Below are positions 36,055 to 45,663 of a DNA stretch of 64,000 bases, piece after piece. Origin of the DNA: SAR202 cluster bacterium bin87 (GTDB lineage Bacteria > Chloroflexota > Dehalococcoidia > Lucifugimonadales > UBA3495); the NCBI GenBank assembly GCA_002238825.1, contig MPNC01000003.1, forward strand, positions 322,732 through 386,731, given 5' to 3'. The first letter of the stretch is position 1; every line of letters starts with the position of its first letter. A program made the position numbers and the translations under genes. The notes beneath the pieces are model-generated. The model was not told the origin of the DNA and made no database searches. It was given only the letters and a program-made list of their open reading frames with translations.

Positions 36055-36296
36055 GCTCACGCGTACCCTCTTTGCCGGAGCCGGGGAAGTTTGCAAGGAT
36101 ACACAGGATGGACATGATCGAATTGATGAGACGCTCTACATCAGTCCAGAGCGCAAGTGGATCGACGGAGCGAACAATAGGGTCCAACGGGATGCTCAAC
36201 AAGCTAACGATCCGCCCTCATCCACCTCATTCCATCTCAATCATCCTGTTTATCCATGCAAGTTTTCCCTCTTCGGTAAACCGGGTAAGCGTGAGC
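36055..36296. mobile_element. 242-bp MITE-like element, copy 2
   Basis: Same length and collinear similarity to 10059-10300. TIR GCTCACGCGTACCC / GGGTAAGCGTGAGC. Lies in a divergent promoter region. Confidence 0.7.
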
Positions 36297-36372
36297 CTGA
36301 CTGCGCAATGGCCCCGTCCGGGTGGGAGTGCTAGAATACCCTAGTGTCCCATCTTCGTCCTGGAGAAAACCC

Positions 36373-36963
36373 ATGAGCACTTCATCATCGTCATCACAAC
36401 GCCGCAAGCGGGTGTACACCAAGTACGGCGACCAGGGCGAAACCAGTTTGCTGTACGGCGGTCGCGTTTCCAAGGCCAACCCCCATACTGAGGCCTATGG
36501 GATAACCGACGAGGCGGTCAGCCTGATGGGGCTCGCCCGCGCCCTCACCGACGACGACAAGTCCAAGAACATCCTGCGCGACCTGCAGCGGGAACTGTTC
36601 ACCGTCGCCGCCGAGTTGGCCACCGACCCCGAGAAGTACGACCTCTTCCACCAGCACTTCACCCCCGTCACCGAGGCGATGGTTGACAACCTGGAAGAGA
36701 TCATCGACGAGCTGGAGACCCACTTCCAGATGCCCCAGGTGTTCATCCTGCCGGGCGGAACCGCCTCCTCGTCGGCCATGGATTCCGCCCGCACCGTGAT
36801 CCGCACCGCCGAGCGGCGCGTGGTCGCGCTGGCCGAGGCCGACGGCCTGACCAATCCGTTGATCCTCGCCTACCTGAACCGCCTGGGCGACCTGCTGTTC
36901 GTGCTGGCGCGGTATCACGACCGGGATATCCCCATCGAGCGGGCCACCGGCGACCGGGTCTGA
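36373..36963 (+). CDS. ATP:cob(I)alamin adenosyltransferase, PduO type
   Basis: YTKYGDQGETSLL.G.RVSK...LQRELFTVAAELA... GGAGA RBS before the ATG at 36373. Confidence 0.85.
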   Translation: MSTSSSSSQRRKRVYTKYGDQGETSLLYGGRVSKANPHTEAYGITDEAVSLMGLARALTDDDKSKNILRDLQRELFTVAAELATDPEKYDLFHQHFTPVTEAMVDNLEEIIDELETHFQMPQVFILPGGTASSSAMDSARTVIRTAERRVVALAEADGLTNPLILAYLNRLGDLLFVLARYHDRDIPIERATGDRV

Positions 36964-36970
36964 TCTCGTC

Positions 36971-37609
36971 ATGCCCCCGGAGGAGACCGCCGACGTTCGT
37001 CTCGTCGTAATCGACTACGAATCCGGCAACCTGCGCAGCGTGGCGCGCGCGGTGGAGAAAGCCGGCGTCGTTCCCATTGTGACCTCCGATCCGGCGGCGT
37101 TGGAGAACGCGGACGGTGTCATCCTGCCCGGAGTGGGCTCGGGCCCCGCGGCCATGGCCGCGCTGCAGTACCGGCGCCTCGTCGAGCCTTTGCTGGACTA
37201 CATCGGCAGCGGGAGGCCGTTCCTGGGCGTCTGCCTGGGCCTGCAGCTGCTCCTGGATGCCACCGATGAGGGTGGCGCCGACTGCCTGGGCCTGGTGCCC
37301 GGCCGCGTCCGGCGGCTGCCCAACGGCCTCAAGGTGCCCCACATGGGATGGAACACCGTGGAGTTCCGGCAGGAGCATCCGCTGTGGGAAGGGATACCCC
37401 AGGGCAGCTACTTCTACTTCGTCCACAGCTACTACGCCGACCCCGCCGCGCGAGCCGATGTGGCCGGCGTGACCGAGTACGGCGTCTCCTTCTGCAGCAT
37501 CTATGCCCGCAACAACGTCGTCGCCACGCAGTTTCACCCTGAAAAGAGCGGTGTAAACGGCCTACGCGTATACGCCAATTTCATCGGCCAGGTCAGGGCG
37601 CAGGGGTGA
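36971..37609 (+). CDS. hisH: Imidazole glycerol phosphate synthase, glutamine amidotransferase subunit
   Basis: VIDYESGNLRSV...LPGVG...GVCLGLQLL...HMGWN...FVHSYY...QFHPEKS. Confidence 0.9.
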   Translation: MPPEETADVRLVVIDYESGNLRSVARAVEKAGVVPIVTSDPAALENADGVILPGVGSGPAAMAALQYRRLVEPLLDYIGSGRPFLGVCLGLQLLLDATDEGGADCLGLVPGRVRRLPNGLKVPHMGWNTVEFRQEHPLWEGIPQGSYFYFVHSYYADPAARADVAGVTEYGVSFCSIYARNNVVATQFHPEKSGVNGLRVYANFIGQVRAQG

Positions 37610-37653
37610 CTTGCCGCCTGGATCCTCCATATAGCCAGGGGTAAATCGGCAAC

Positions 37654-38373
37654 ATGGAAATCATTCCCGCAATCGACCTGCGCGGCGGCAACTGCGTGCG
37701 TCTGTACCAGGGCGACTACGAGCAGGAGACGGTCTTCTCCGACGACCCTTTGGGTGTCGCTGAACGCTGGCAGGCCGAGGGTGGTGAGCGCCTGCACATC
37801 GTCGACCTGGACGGAGCGCACTCCGGCAACCCCGCCAATCTCGCCGCGATCACGGCCATCACCGGCCGCCTGAGCATACCGGTGCAGGTGGGCGGAGGCA
37901 TCCGCAGCGTTGACACCGCGGCGGGTCTGTTCGACGCCGGCGCGGCCCGGGTGGTGGTCGGCACGGCCGCCGTCTCCAACCCCGACCTGGTGGAAGAACT
38001 GTGCAAGCGCTTCGGCAGCGAGCGGGTGGTGGTCGCCCTGGACGCGCGCAACGGCCTCGTGGCCATTCGCGGCTGGACCGAGCAGTCGGAGATCAGCGCC
38101 ACCGAGTTGGCCGGCCGGATGCGCGAACTGGGCGTGGAGCGTCTGCTTTACACCGACATTTCGCGTGACGGCACCCTGGAGGAACCCAACTACGAGGCCA
38201 CCGCCGCCCTGGTGAGCGACAGCGGGATGCGCGTGCTGTCGGCCGGCGGCGTGGGCGCGGCCGCCCATGTGGAGCGGTTGATCGATACCGGCGCGGAGGC
38301 GGCGATAATAGGGCGCGCGCTGTACACCGGTGATATCACCGTGGGCGCGGCTCTGGTGGCCGCCCGAGCATAG
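37654..38373 (+). CDS. hisA: Phosphoribosylformimino-5-aminoimidazole carboxamide ribotide isomerase
   Basis: IIPAIDLRGGNCVRL.QGDY...LHIVDLDGA...VQVGGGIRS... Confidence 0.9.
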   Translation: MEIIPAIDLRGGNCVRLYQGDYEQETVFSDDPLGVAERWQAEGGERLHIVDLDGAHSGNPANLAAITAITGRLSIPVQVGGGIRSVDTAAGLFDAGAARVVVGTAAVSNPDLVEELCKRFGSERVVVALDARNGLVAIRGWTEQSEISATELAGRMRELGVERLLYTDISRDGTLEEPNYEATAALVSDSGMRVLSAGGVGAAAHVERLIDTGAEAAIIGRALYTGDITVGAALVAARA

Positions 38374-38407
38374 TCAGTAGCCCGCAAGTCCAGTAGGCCG
38401 TTTAGAC

Positions 38408-38567
38408 GTAACTGTTCAGAATGCAGGATGTTGTCATTGCGAGGCGCTTGCGCCGTGGCAATCTCGACGCCGTAGCAGCCACGCCTGTCCCGAAGGACTC
38501 TCATGCGCCAACGGGATTGCCACGCTTCGCTCGCAATGACACTTTCACCGCAACTCTGAACAGTTAC
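38408..38567. mobile_element. 160-bp MITE, copy 2
   Basis: Perfect 8-bp TSD GTTTAGAC at 38400-38407 and 38568-38575. Lies between convergent hisA and the GNAT gene; the GNAT stop codon falls inside the TSD. Confidence 0.8.
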
Positions 38568-38569
38568 GT

Positions 38570-39193
38570 TTAGACTACGGCCGCCGCCACCGCGTCGTCA
38601 TCGCCCACCGCGACGCCGCCCCGTTGGTCCAGGTATTGCTGCCGCATTTCCAGCCGGTCGAACGAAGTCTCATCCCAGTCGTCCCGGTGGACTTCCATCA
38701 GGATGAAGTCGTGGGACATCCTGCGGACATTGCGCACCGGATTGAACCCCGAACGCTCGAAGCACTTCTGTGCTCTATGGTTCCACTCCAGGGTGTGCAG
38801 GTACACTCGCTTGAGCCGCAGGTCGTCGAACATGTGGTGCAGCAGCGTCACCACCGCGTCGTAGCCGTAGCCGCCGCTCCAGTAGTCACGGTCTCCGATG
38901 ACGATGCCCAGCTCGGCTTCCTTGGAGAGGCTGTCGAGGTCGTAGTACATGCAGTTGCCGATGAACTTGCCCCCGGCAACCTCGATGGCGAAGTGATGGG
39001 ATCCCGGGGTGGGCCAGCGGACCTGGTCTTCGAAGAGCTTGAGGTAGCGCTCGTACTTCATGGTCAGCGGGTAGGCGGCGTCCAGGCGGGCGATCTCGGG
39101 ATCGCTGCGCCAAATGTAGTCCTTCTCGGCGTCTTCCATGCGCTTGCCCCGCAGCAGCACGCGAACTCCCCGCAAAACCAGGTCCTTGCTCAT
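38570..39193 (-). CDS. GNAT family N-acetyltransferase
   Basis: Start at MSKDLVLRG. ...IGNCMYYDLD...ELGIVIGDRDYWSGGYGYDAV...LKRVYLHTLEWNHRAQKCFERSGF (RimJ/RimL-like). The longer ORF in the track is an upstream over-extension. Confidence 0.8.
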   Translation of the reverse strand: MSKDLVLRGVRVLLRGKRMEDAEKDYIWRSDPEIARLDAAYPLTMKYERYLKLFEDQVRWPTPGSHHFAIEVAGGKFIGNCMYYDLDSLSKEAELGIVIGDRDYWSGGYGYDAVVTLLHHMFDDLRLKRVYLHTLEWNHRAQKCFERSGFNPVRNVRRMSHDFILMEVHRDDWDETSFDRLEMRQQYLDQRGGVAVGDDDAVAAAVV

Positions 39194-39771
39194 AGCTCCG
39201 CGCCTCGCCGGTAGGAGTCGATCAACGACCGGGCCGCTTCCAAAACCTCGCGCTCGTTGTTGTATTCGAGCAGTTCCACCGCTTCTTCGTAGCTGCACCA
39301 CTCCACCACGTCGAACTCGGCGTCGTGTTCCGAGGTGCTGCCGCCCTTGGGCTCCATGAGGTAGAAGTAGACGGTCTTGTCGTAGCGGACGCCGTCGTCG
39401 TGTCCAACGAAGAAATACCGAATGCTCGTTATGGGCGCCAGGACGTTCACGTGTACGCCGGTTTCTTCCTGCACCTCGCGGCGGGCCGTCTGCTCCACGG
39501 TCTCGCCTCGCTCGGGTGTCCCCTTGGGCAGCCGCCAGGTCAGGGGCGCATCCTCGCCGTGGTAACCGGGGCGCACGCGGGCGCAAAGCAACGTTTCGAT
39601 CAGGTCACCGGTCTCGCGGAACACGAGGCCGCCGGCCGACACCACCTTGACGTTGGAGCGTGGTTCGGGCGCGCACGGGTCGGACACCGCCGGCATGGCG
39701 TCGTCATCGAACCCGAAGCCCGCGCTGGCAACGCGCGGCTCGTCGTCAGGAAGCAGCGTATGGTTCGTCAT
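39190..39771 (-). CDS. NUDIX hydrolase
   Basis: Nudix box LPKGTPERGETVEQTARREVQEETG. ATGA overlap with the downstream GNAT gene. Confidence 0.8.
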   Translation of the reverse strand: MTNHTLLPDDEPRVASAGFGFDDDAMPAVSDPCAPEPRSNVKVVSAGGLVFRETGDLIETLLCARVRPGYHGEDAPLTWRLPKGTPERGETVEQTARREVQEETGVHVNVLAPITSIRYFFVGHDDGVRYDKTVYFYLMEPKGGSTSEHDAEFDVVEWCSYEEAVELLEYNNEREVLEAARSLIDSYRRGAEL

Positions 39772-39872
39772 GAGATGGAAGTCTGGGAAAGCATATTCAA
39801 GCCATTGTAGCCGCAGGGCCGGGACGGGTCAAACGGCCCTGCCGGCCTCATGCGCACCCAGTTTAGTAAATC

Positions 39873-39980
39873 GTCAGAATCAGGATTTTCAAGATTTGGG
39901 GATTATCCGGATTGGAACCGTTGCGTGATCCAGATCTCCCAATGCTGCAAATCATAAAATCCGGTGCATCCTGATTCGGA
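39873..39980. repeat. Imperfect inverted-repeat element (CAGAATCAGGAT...ATCCTGATTCGGA)
   Basis: The arms carry the CAGGAT/ATCCTG and CCGGAT/ATCCGG motifs seen in other repeats of the window. Confidence 0.45.
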
Positions 39981-40145
39981 CGTTTCCCCGCCTCCAGAAT
40001 GGGCGCGCATGATGCCCACTGGCTCGCAAACCCGTTTTGGCGGACCCGCTGAAGCTGTGAGAGCGTCACCCGGCGTTCGACACCGGACGGCCGCGGGGCG
40101 TGATGCAGCACGGCCGGCGAGCGCGACGCGGGCCGTGGCGTCAAT

Positions 40146-41009
40146 TTACTCTCCCGGCGCGCCGCTGGACGTATCCGTCGATTCCAGGCCGCAGGAAGCC
40201 AGGGCGAAGAATGACGCGAACACCGCGATTAGGTCTTCCTCAGTTGGGAAAGGCTTGGACAGTGCTGCAACGGCTGGTTGCAGCGCTTTCTGGACGCAGG
40301 CGTATTGCTCGCCGGGGTCCGCCTGGCGGAGTGCGCCGGCGAAAGCCAAGGCGAAGGTCAGGATGGGAGCAGTGTCGTCCGACAGGCAGCTATAAATAAG
40401 GACATCCTCCAGCCGCGGTTCATCACCCTCGTGGAAAACCGAGTTTTGCAACGCGGTGGCGAGCCCTTCCTCGCCCAGTACGGCGATGACCCGTTCTTCG
40501 CCGAAGGTGGCGATGATGCACGATCGCTCCTCGTTTGAAAACACGCCAAACAGGTCGCCCCACTTGGGGTCGGGATTGGCGCCGTATGGTCCAACCGGAA
40601 TCAGGCGGTCGTAAAACTCCCGAAACAGGGTTTTGGAAATCGCAGGGGCGGTTTCCTCCGGTTCCTGTTCGGCGCGAAAGACCACCTGTTGCGCGTCGGG
40701 CACATCCTCCGAGCTCCCGGCCCGGCGGACCAGCAGGTAACAGATCTCGTCGGGCGAACCCGGCGCGTATCCTGCCTGGTAGCCATCGTCCGCCCGGTAT
40801 GCCCGCACCGTCTCGTAGCCGTTGCTGTCCGCGCTGCGTATGACGAACCACTCCGCGCCCTCAGCGTCGGCGAAAAACTGCTCCGCCGGCTCTTCCGGCC
40901 AGCTGGATGGACAGTCGGGCTCGCGAGCGTGAGCGGCGTCCGCGAACAGGGCAATCGCGACCAGGGCGCCAATGAAGGAAATCGCCGCAATTATGCTTGC
41001 CGCTTTCAT
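40146..41009 (-). CDS. Secreted hypothetical protein
   Basis: Signal peptide MKAASIIAAISFIGALVAIALFADAAHA. No family recognised. Confidence 0.6.
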   Translation of the reverse strand: MKAASIIAAISFIGALVAIALFADAAHAREPDCPSSWPEEPAEQFFADAEGAEWFVIRSADSNGYETVRAYRADDGYQAGYAPGSPDEICYLLVRRAGSSEDVPDAQQVVFRAEQEPEETAPAISKTLFREFYDRLIPVGPYGANPDPKWGDLFGVFSNEERSCIIATFGEERVIAVLGEEGLATALQNSVFHEGDEPRLEDVLIYSCLSDDTAPILTFALAFAGALRQADPGEQYACVQKALQPAVAALSKPFPTEEDLIAVFASFFALASCGLESTDTSSGAPGE

Positions 41010-41032
41010 ATCAACACCTCACCTGTTATTGG

Positions 41033-41192
41033 GTAACTGTTCAGAGCTGCTGGGGAGGTGTCATTGCGAGCGCAGCGCGGCAATCTCGTTGGCGCCGGGG
41101 TGTCCTTCAGGACAGACGCTGCTGCTACGATATCGAGATTGCCACGGCGCAAGCGCCTCGCAATGACAACCTCCTGAATTCTGAACAGTTAC
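41033..41192. mobile_element. 160-bp MITE, copy 3
   Basis: Perfect 8-bp TSD GTTATTGG at 41025-41032 and 41193-41200. Inserted 16 nt upstream of the start codon at 41009. Confidence 0.8.
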
Positions 41193-41349
41193 GTTATTGG
41201 CCGAACCGTTGCATGAGCGTGGTTGTCCAGGCATCAAGTTGACTGACTGGTCACACGGCCCGGTTGGCGGCCTACCGATATTATGCAATCGGCAGGCCGG
41301 CCCGCGTTCATTACGGGCAAACCAGTAGAAGCGGATTTCTTTGTGACCG

Positions 41350-41404
41350 GGAAAACGAGGAACAGGCCCCGACGAAGCGCCGCTTGACGCCTCGCCGGGG
41401 CCTG
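41350..41404 (-). terminator. Putative terminator downstream of the MoaD-like gene
   Basis: Minus strand: CAGGCCCCGGCGAGGC...GCGCTTCGTCGGGGCCTG stem followed by TTCCTCGTTTT. Confidence 0.4.
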
Positions 41405-41460
41405 TATGACTCACTAGGAATGGTTGAGTGGATGCGGCCGGGTTTGATTGCGCGCCTGAC

Positions 41461-41724
41461 CTATCCGCCGCCGATGGCCGGCACGAAGTGTATCTCGGCG
41501 TTCTCGCCGACCCGTTCCATCAGGCCCATGCGCGCGACCTCGCCGTCCACCGCCACCGCCAGGTTCGACCGGATTTCGCCGTCTTCGATCAGCCGGTTGG
41601 CGATTCCGGGGAACCGCTCGTCCAACTGCTCGATCACCTGCCGCACGTTGCGGGCGGCGACCTCGATTTCCTTGACCCCGCCCGTCGTCGCTTGCAGCAT
41701 GGTTGGCACGAACACTCTGGCCAT
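41461..41724 (-). CDS. MoaD/ThiS-family ubiquitin-like sulfur-carrier protein (87 aa, C-terminal GG)
   Basis: MARVFVPTMLQATTGGVKEIEV...NAEIHFVPAIGGG* has a beta-grasp pattern and a terminal Gly-Gly. Only the 3' part of the 255-aa ORF in the track is credible. Confidence 0.75.
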   Translation of the reverse strand: MARVFVPTMLQATTGGVKEIEVAARNVRQVIEQLDERFPGIANRLIEDGEIRSNLAVAVDGEVARMGLMERVGENAEIHFVPAIGGG

Positions 41725-41783
41725 GACCCTCACCCCCTTGCGTCGATACTGAATTCCATCATACGTCGCCGACCATGACAGCC

Positions 41784-42245
41784 TTAACACGCGGCGATGG
41801 TGGCGTCCGGCGCGATGATGCCGTTGGCCCGCTGCAACTCCCGTATGTAGCAGATGATGTTCGGGATGTCCTCGTCGGCCACCGTGGGCACGGGCAGCAT
41901 ATTGCCAAACTGCCAGTGGTGCGCCGGAACCCCGTTCCTTACCGCGCTCTGGATGCTGAAGTCCTGATGGTGCCCCGGCTCGTAGATCTTGTGCACCAGG
42001 GGAGGACCCAGACCCGTGCCCGAGGCGTTGGGCCCGTGGCACAGCGCGCAATTCGCGTTGAATACCTGCTCGCCGGTCCGCGCGTTCGCTGACAGGTCGG
42101 GCACCACCACTGCCGAACCGCCGGAGGCGGGTTGGGTGGCCTGGTAGGCCGGCGCTGCCGGTTCCTCGGCCGCACAACCGACCAGGGCCAGCGTCAGCAG
42201 CGCCACCGCCAGCACGCCGAATATCCATGTACGCATCATGTTCAT
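41784..42245 (-). CDS. c-type cytochrome lipoprotein (class I)
   Basis: Lipobox LALVGC. Haem-binding CALCH. Distal ...GNMLPV... Met ligand region. Confidence 0.8.
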   Translation of the reverse strand: MNMMRTWIFGVLAVALLTLALVGCAAEEPAAPAYQATQPASGGSAVVVPDLSANARTGEQVFNANCALCHGPNASGTGLGPPLVHKIYEPGHHQDFSIQSAVRNGVPAHHWQFGNMLPVPTVADEDIPNIICYIRELQRANGIIAPDATIAAC

Positions 42246-42315
42246 AGACCTGGATATGGGTGGCGAAGCCGCTTCGTCGGCAGGCACGGTTGGCCTCATC
42301 GCAACCTCGCAGCGC

Positions 42316-43254
42316 CTACTTTTCCAGCGGCCCGTGGAAGCGCGGCAGGATCTCCTCTCCCGCCTGCTCCAGCTGCTCCATGGACTCCGTGCCGGCGCAC
42401 AGGGGCCGGATCACAAACTTGAAGCCGCCGGCGTCGACGTACTGGTCAATGAAGTCGCCGATCTGCTCGGAGGTGCCCACGGCGGAGTACTCGGTGAAGT
42501 GCGCGTCCGGCCGCTGTCGGGTGACGAACTGCTCGGACCGGGCTTCGCCCTCCTTCGGGTCGTCGCAGATGTAGTACCCGATGAGGACGCCAACGTGGTC
42601 TTCCTCGATCTCGCGGTCGTACTGCTGGGCCGTCTCGAACATGATCTCCCGGCCGGAGCGAATCTCCTCGGGGGTGGCGCTGGACACCAGCCAGCCGTCG
42701 CCCACGCGGCCGACGCGCCGTGCCGCGGCCGGGCTGCGCCCGCCGATCCAGACCGGAGGCGAGGGCTTGAGGAATGTCCGGGGCGTTACCGACACGTTGT
42801 GGGTGGTGAAGAACTCACCCTCATGGGTGACATCCTGTTCCTCCCAGAGGCGGCGCATCAGCTCGATGGCCTCGTCGGTGCGTCGCGCGCGGTCGGCCTT
42901 GGGCACGCCGCAGGCCTCGTACTCGTCCGGATCCTCCTGACCCAAACCCACGGCGGGGAAGAAGCGGCCCTGGGAGAGCCAGTCCAGCGTGGCTACCTGC
43001 TTCGCCAGAACCACCGGATTGCGCAGCGGCAAGGCCAATACGCTGGTGCCGAACTTGAGACGGTCGGAATAGCCGGCCACCAGGGACAGGGCGACCATGG
43101 GCTCCAGGCTGAACCGGTCGCTGCAGATGCGGTCGCTGAGCCAGATGGAGTCGTACTCGTACTTGTCGCCCAGTTCCACCAGGGTGCGGAGGAAGTTGGG
43201 GTCGTCGCCTCCCTGTCCGAATGCTCCGGGGACGTAGCCGATGGCAACGCTCAT
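42316..43254 (-). CDS. LLM-class (F420-dependent-type) oxidoreductase
   Basis: ...YDSIWLSDRI...LKFGTSVLALPLRNPVVLAKQVATLDWLSQGRFFPAVGLG... Confidence 0.85.
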   Translation of the reverse strand: MSVAIGYVPGAFGQGGDDPNFLRTLVELGDKYEYDSIWLSDRICSDRFSLEPMVALSLVAGYSDRLKFGTSVLALPLRNPVVLAKQVATLDWLSQGRFFPAVGLGQEDPDEYEACGVPKADRARRTDEAIELMRRLWEEQDVTHEGEFFTTHNVSVTPRTFLKPSPPVWIGGRSPAAARRVGRVGDGWLVSSATPEEIRSGREIMFETAQQYDREIEEDHVGVLIGYYICDDPKEGEARSEQFVTRQRPDAHFTEYSAVGTSEQIGDFIDQYVDAGGFKFVIRPLCAGTESMEQLEQAGEEILPRFHGPLEK

Positions 43255-43360
43255 GGTGTGTTCCTCCTTGGTGGTCGGTAATCGCCTGGCCCGTATTGTA
43301 GCAAAGGCCGGCGCGTCCGTTGCGGCTGCCGCCGTCCCCTGGGGTCAGTGGCTGTGAGAA

Positions 43361-44302
43361 TCAGCCCCGGATGGGGTCCAGGCCGGCCTCGGCCCGGGCG
43401 TCGTTGATGTGGTCCAGGACGCGCATGCGCAGGGGCGGCAGTTCGTAGCCGACGTCGGCCATCATGCGGCTGTTGTCCACCAGGTACACGTGGGGCACGG
43501 GTCGGCTCCCGGTGGTGATGCTGGCGTCGGGGATGTAGGCGCGCACCATGTCGGCCACGTCGGCGATGGTCGCCAGTTCGCCGCCGCTGATGTAGATGTG
43601 ATGGTTCAGGCTGTCGGCCAGGGCGACGCGGACGAAAATCTCGGCGGCGTCCTCCGCATGGATCATGGGCGAGGCTTCCTGCGGGTCGAAGTCCATGCTG
43701 ACGGACTGGCCGATGGCCGGCAGGGACATCATCAGGCCGCCGATCATGCCGGTCATGCCGGTGACGCGGCCGTGTCCGAAGACGGTGCAGATGCGCACGC
43801 CGCGAATGTCCAGCCCGTGCAGCGTGCGGTAGCGTGCGGCGGCGAAGTCGTTCACCGCCTTGGTCATGCCGTACACGTTAATGGGAGCCGGCAGGTCGTC
43901 TTCGATGAGCGGCCGGTCGCCGAAGGTCTCCTGCACGCCATAGACCGCGATGCTGCTGGCGTAGACAACCCTGCGGATGTTGCCCCAGCGGGCGGCCTCG
44001 AAGATGTTGTTGGTGCCGTCGATGTTCACCGCCATGCCGGTGGCGGGCCGGTCCTCGGTGTCAGGCGGCAGCAGGGCGGCCATGTGGATGATGCGGTCCA
44101 CGTTGTGACGGTTGACGGCTTCCAGCAGGTGGTCCAGACGGGTCACGTCGCCCCGATAGAAGGCGACGCGGTCCATGAGGGGCTGCAAATTGGGCCGCGG
44201 CGGAGCGAGATCAAAGCAGACCACCTCCTCGCCCCGTTCCAGAAGCTTGCGTATGATGCGGTTCCCGATAAACCCGGTGCCGCCGGTAACCATCACTGAC
44301 AT
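43361..44302 (-). CDS. NAD-dependent epimerase/dehydratase (extended SDR)
   Basis: VMVTGGTGFIGNRIIRKLL; YGMTK catalytic motif. Confidence 0.85.
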   Translation of the reverse strand: MSVMVTGGTGFIGNRIIRKLLERGEEVVCFDLAPPRPNLQPLMDRVAFYRGDVTRLDHLLEAVNRHNVDRIIHMAALLPPDTEDRPATGMAVNIDGTNNIFEAARWGNIRRVVYASSIAVYGVQETFGDRPLIEDDLPAPINVYGMTKAVNDFAAARYRTLHGLDIRGVRICTVFGHGRVTGMTGMIGGLMMSLPAIGQSVSMDFDPQEASPMIHAEDAAEIFVRVALADSLNHHIYISGGELATIADVADMVRAYIPDASITTGSRPVPHVYLVDNSRMMADVGYELPPLRMRVLDHINDARAEAGLDPIRG

Positions 44303-44392
44303 TGAAAAGCCTCCTAATTGGATCGAGTTTGCATGGATGCGCAGGATGAAAAAGATAGCCGGTCAGGTAAATTTATCCTTGCGGGTCCGGCG

Positions 44393-45196
44393 TCAACAAA
44401 GGCTCAAGTTGTCACGGACGCTGGCAGTTAGTATTCGTTCAAGTTCATCGGGAGCAGACCACCGGGCTATTTCGGAATGGTCTTCCACCAATTGAAAGTC
44501 CTCGGCCCGCCAGACATCCACAGTATCGTCGAACAATGATATGAATGCCTGATTAGGTTGCTCCGTTTTTAGATGGCTGAGGTCAACGCACCCGGCCAAA
44601 ACGTGCTCGGTAACTCGACGCGCTGCGCCTCGTGACCCGGTGCTCAGGAGAAAAATCAGCGAGGTGCGATTAGGGGATTGCGTTTCAAAATTTATGGTCC
44701 AGTCTCGGCCGGATCGTCCGGGTTTCGCAACTTGACGCTGAAATGGGATCTGTTTTTCGCGTAACCATTCGTCCACCTCGTCCTCAGTAGCCTGCAACGA
44801 TTGACTCCGCAGGGTGAACCACAAATCAGAAACCCGTACGGCTGCCTGGGCGATGCGGGTCACAGCTTCCCCTAACGCATCATCCGTTACCGGGCGCAGT
44901 ACCAGTTGGTCGTGCAAAAGATCAATGCGCAGTGTCCGGCACACGTCCTGTGCCAGCATTTCCTGCCGCCTCGATCTCCTGCGGCTGATTGACTGCAACC
45001 CCAACCATCCAAGCGCATCGCCGAAATCGGTGACAGTGTAGCCGCCACCCCGTTCGAGAACGAACACGTCCACCACCCCTCCGTCCGGGTACAGCAGCGG
45101 AGTACGCACTCGTACTCCCTCGTGCGGAGCCGGCGAACATACAAACAAGGGCGGCAGTGTCCGTCCCACGGAAGCGCAAAGTTCGTTGACGTTCAT
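44393..45196 (-). CDS. DUF1828/DUF1829-like protein
   Basis: N-terminus ...VRVRTPLLYPDGGVVDVFVLERGGGYTVTDFGDALGWL... resembles DUF1828. The C-terminal half is DUF1829-like. Lower G+C than the flanks. Confidence 0.6.
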   Translation of the reverse strand: MNVNELCASVGRTLPPLFVCSPAPHEGVRVRTPLLYPDGGVVDVFVLERGGGYTVTDFGDALGWLGLQSISRRRSRRQEMLAQDVCRTLRIDLLHDQLVLRPVTDDALGEAVTRIAQAAVRVSDLWFTLRSQSLQATEDEVDEWLREKQIPFQRQVAKPGRSGRDWTINFETQSPNRTSLIFLLSTGSRGAARRVTEHVLAGCVDLSHLKTEQPNQAFISLFDDTVDVWRAEDFQLVEDHSEIARWSAPDELERILTASVRDNLSLC

Positions 45197-45663
45197 ATCA
45201 GCAGCGCCCCCTGGACGGCGCCAGGCTCCCCAAGCGTTCCCTCGTGCCGCAGATTTATCTCAGCGCAGAATTGCACCCATACTGCCACCGGACGATTCCA
45301 CGGCTCGGTGATGTCCTCCGGCACGTATGCCCACTTGTCGCGACTACCGGGAACCCAGTAGTTTTTGTGTTTCTCACCCACTGATTCACCGTCAGGGTTG
45401 CAGTGGTCTGCTCCCAAGTCGAGGCCATGGATTCGCCCTGCTATTCGATGGATAAGCGCATACGACAACTTACCGGAGTGGGAATTGTACCAACCCTTGA
45501 TGAATATAGGGTGATCTGCTTCGGATTCGACGTCGACGCGAAACTCCCGCGACGGAGCGTTGCGCCTACCCTCCCATGTGATATCGGCGGCGATATGCTT
45601 GGTGCCATCGCCAACGATGGCCTCGTATTCCTCACCGCTCAATGGCATGGGGTTTCTACCCAC
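45193..45663 (-). CDS. Hypothetical protein (156 aa); possible His-Me-finger-like motif
   Basis: 4-nt overlap with the downstream DUF1828 gene. Segment IHGLDLGADHCNPDGESVGEKHKNYW is reminiscent of HNH/His-Me nucleases (weak). Confidence 0.55.
   Translation of the reverse strand: MGRNPMPLSGEEYEAIVGDGTKHIAADITWEGRRNAPSREFRVDVESEADHPIFIKGWYNSHSGKLSYALIHRIAGRIHGLDLGADHCNPDGESVGEKHKNYWVPGSRDKWAYVPEDITEPWNRPVAVWVQFCAEINLRHEGTLGEPGAVQGALLI

Noticed and set aside
41461-42228. 255-aa ORF and the 46736-48181 481-aa ORF as single long proteins.
   Set aside because: The N-terminal portions are Arg/Gly/Pro-rich shadows of the neighbouring genes (cytochrome c and the ABC ATPase). Only the C-terminal parts, starting at internal ATGs with ATGA coupling or sensible spacing, match protein families (MoaD-like and ABC-2 permease).
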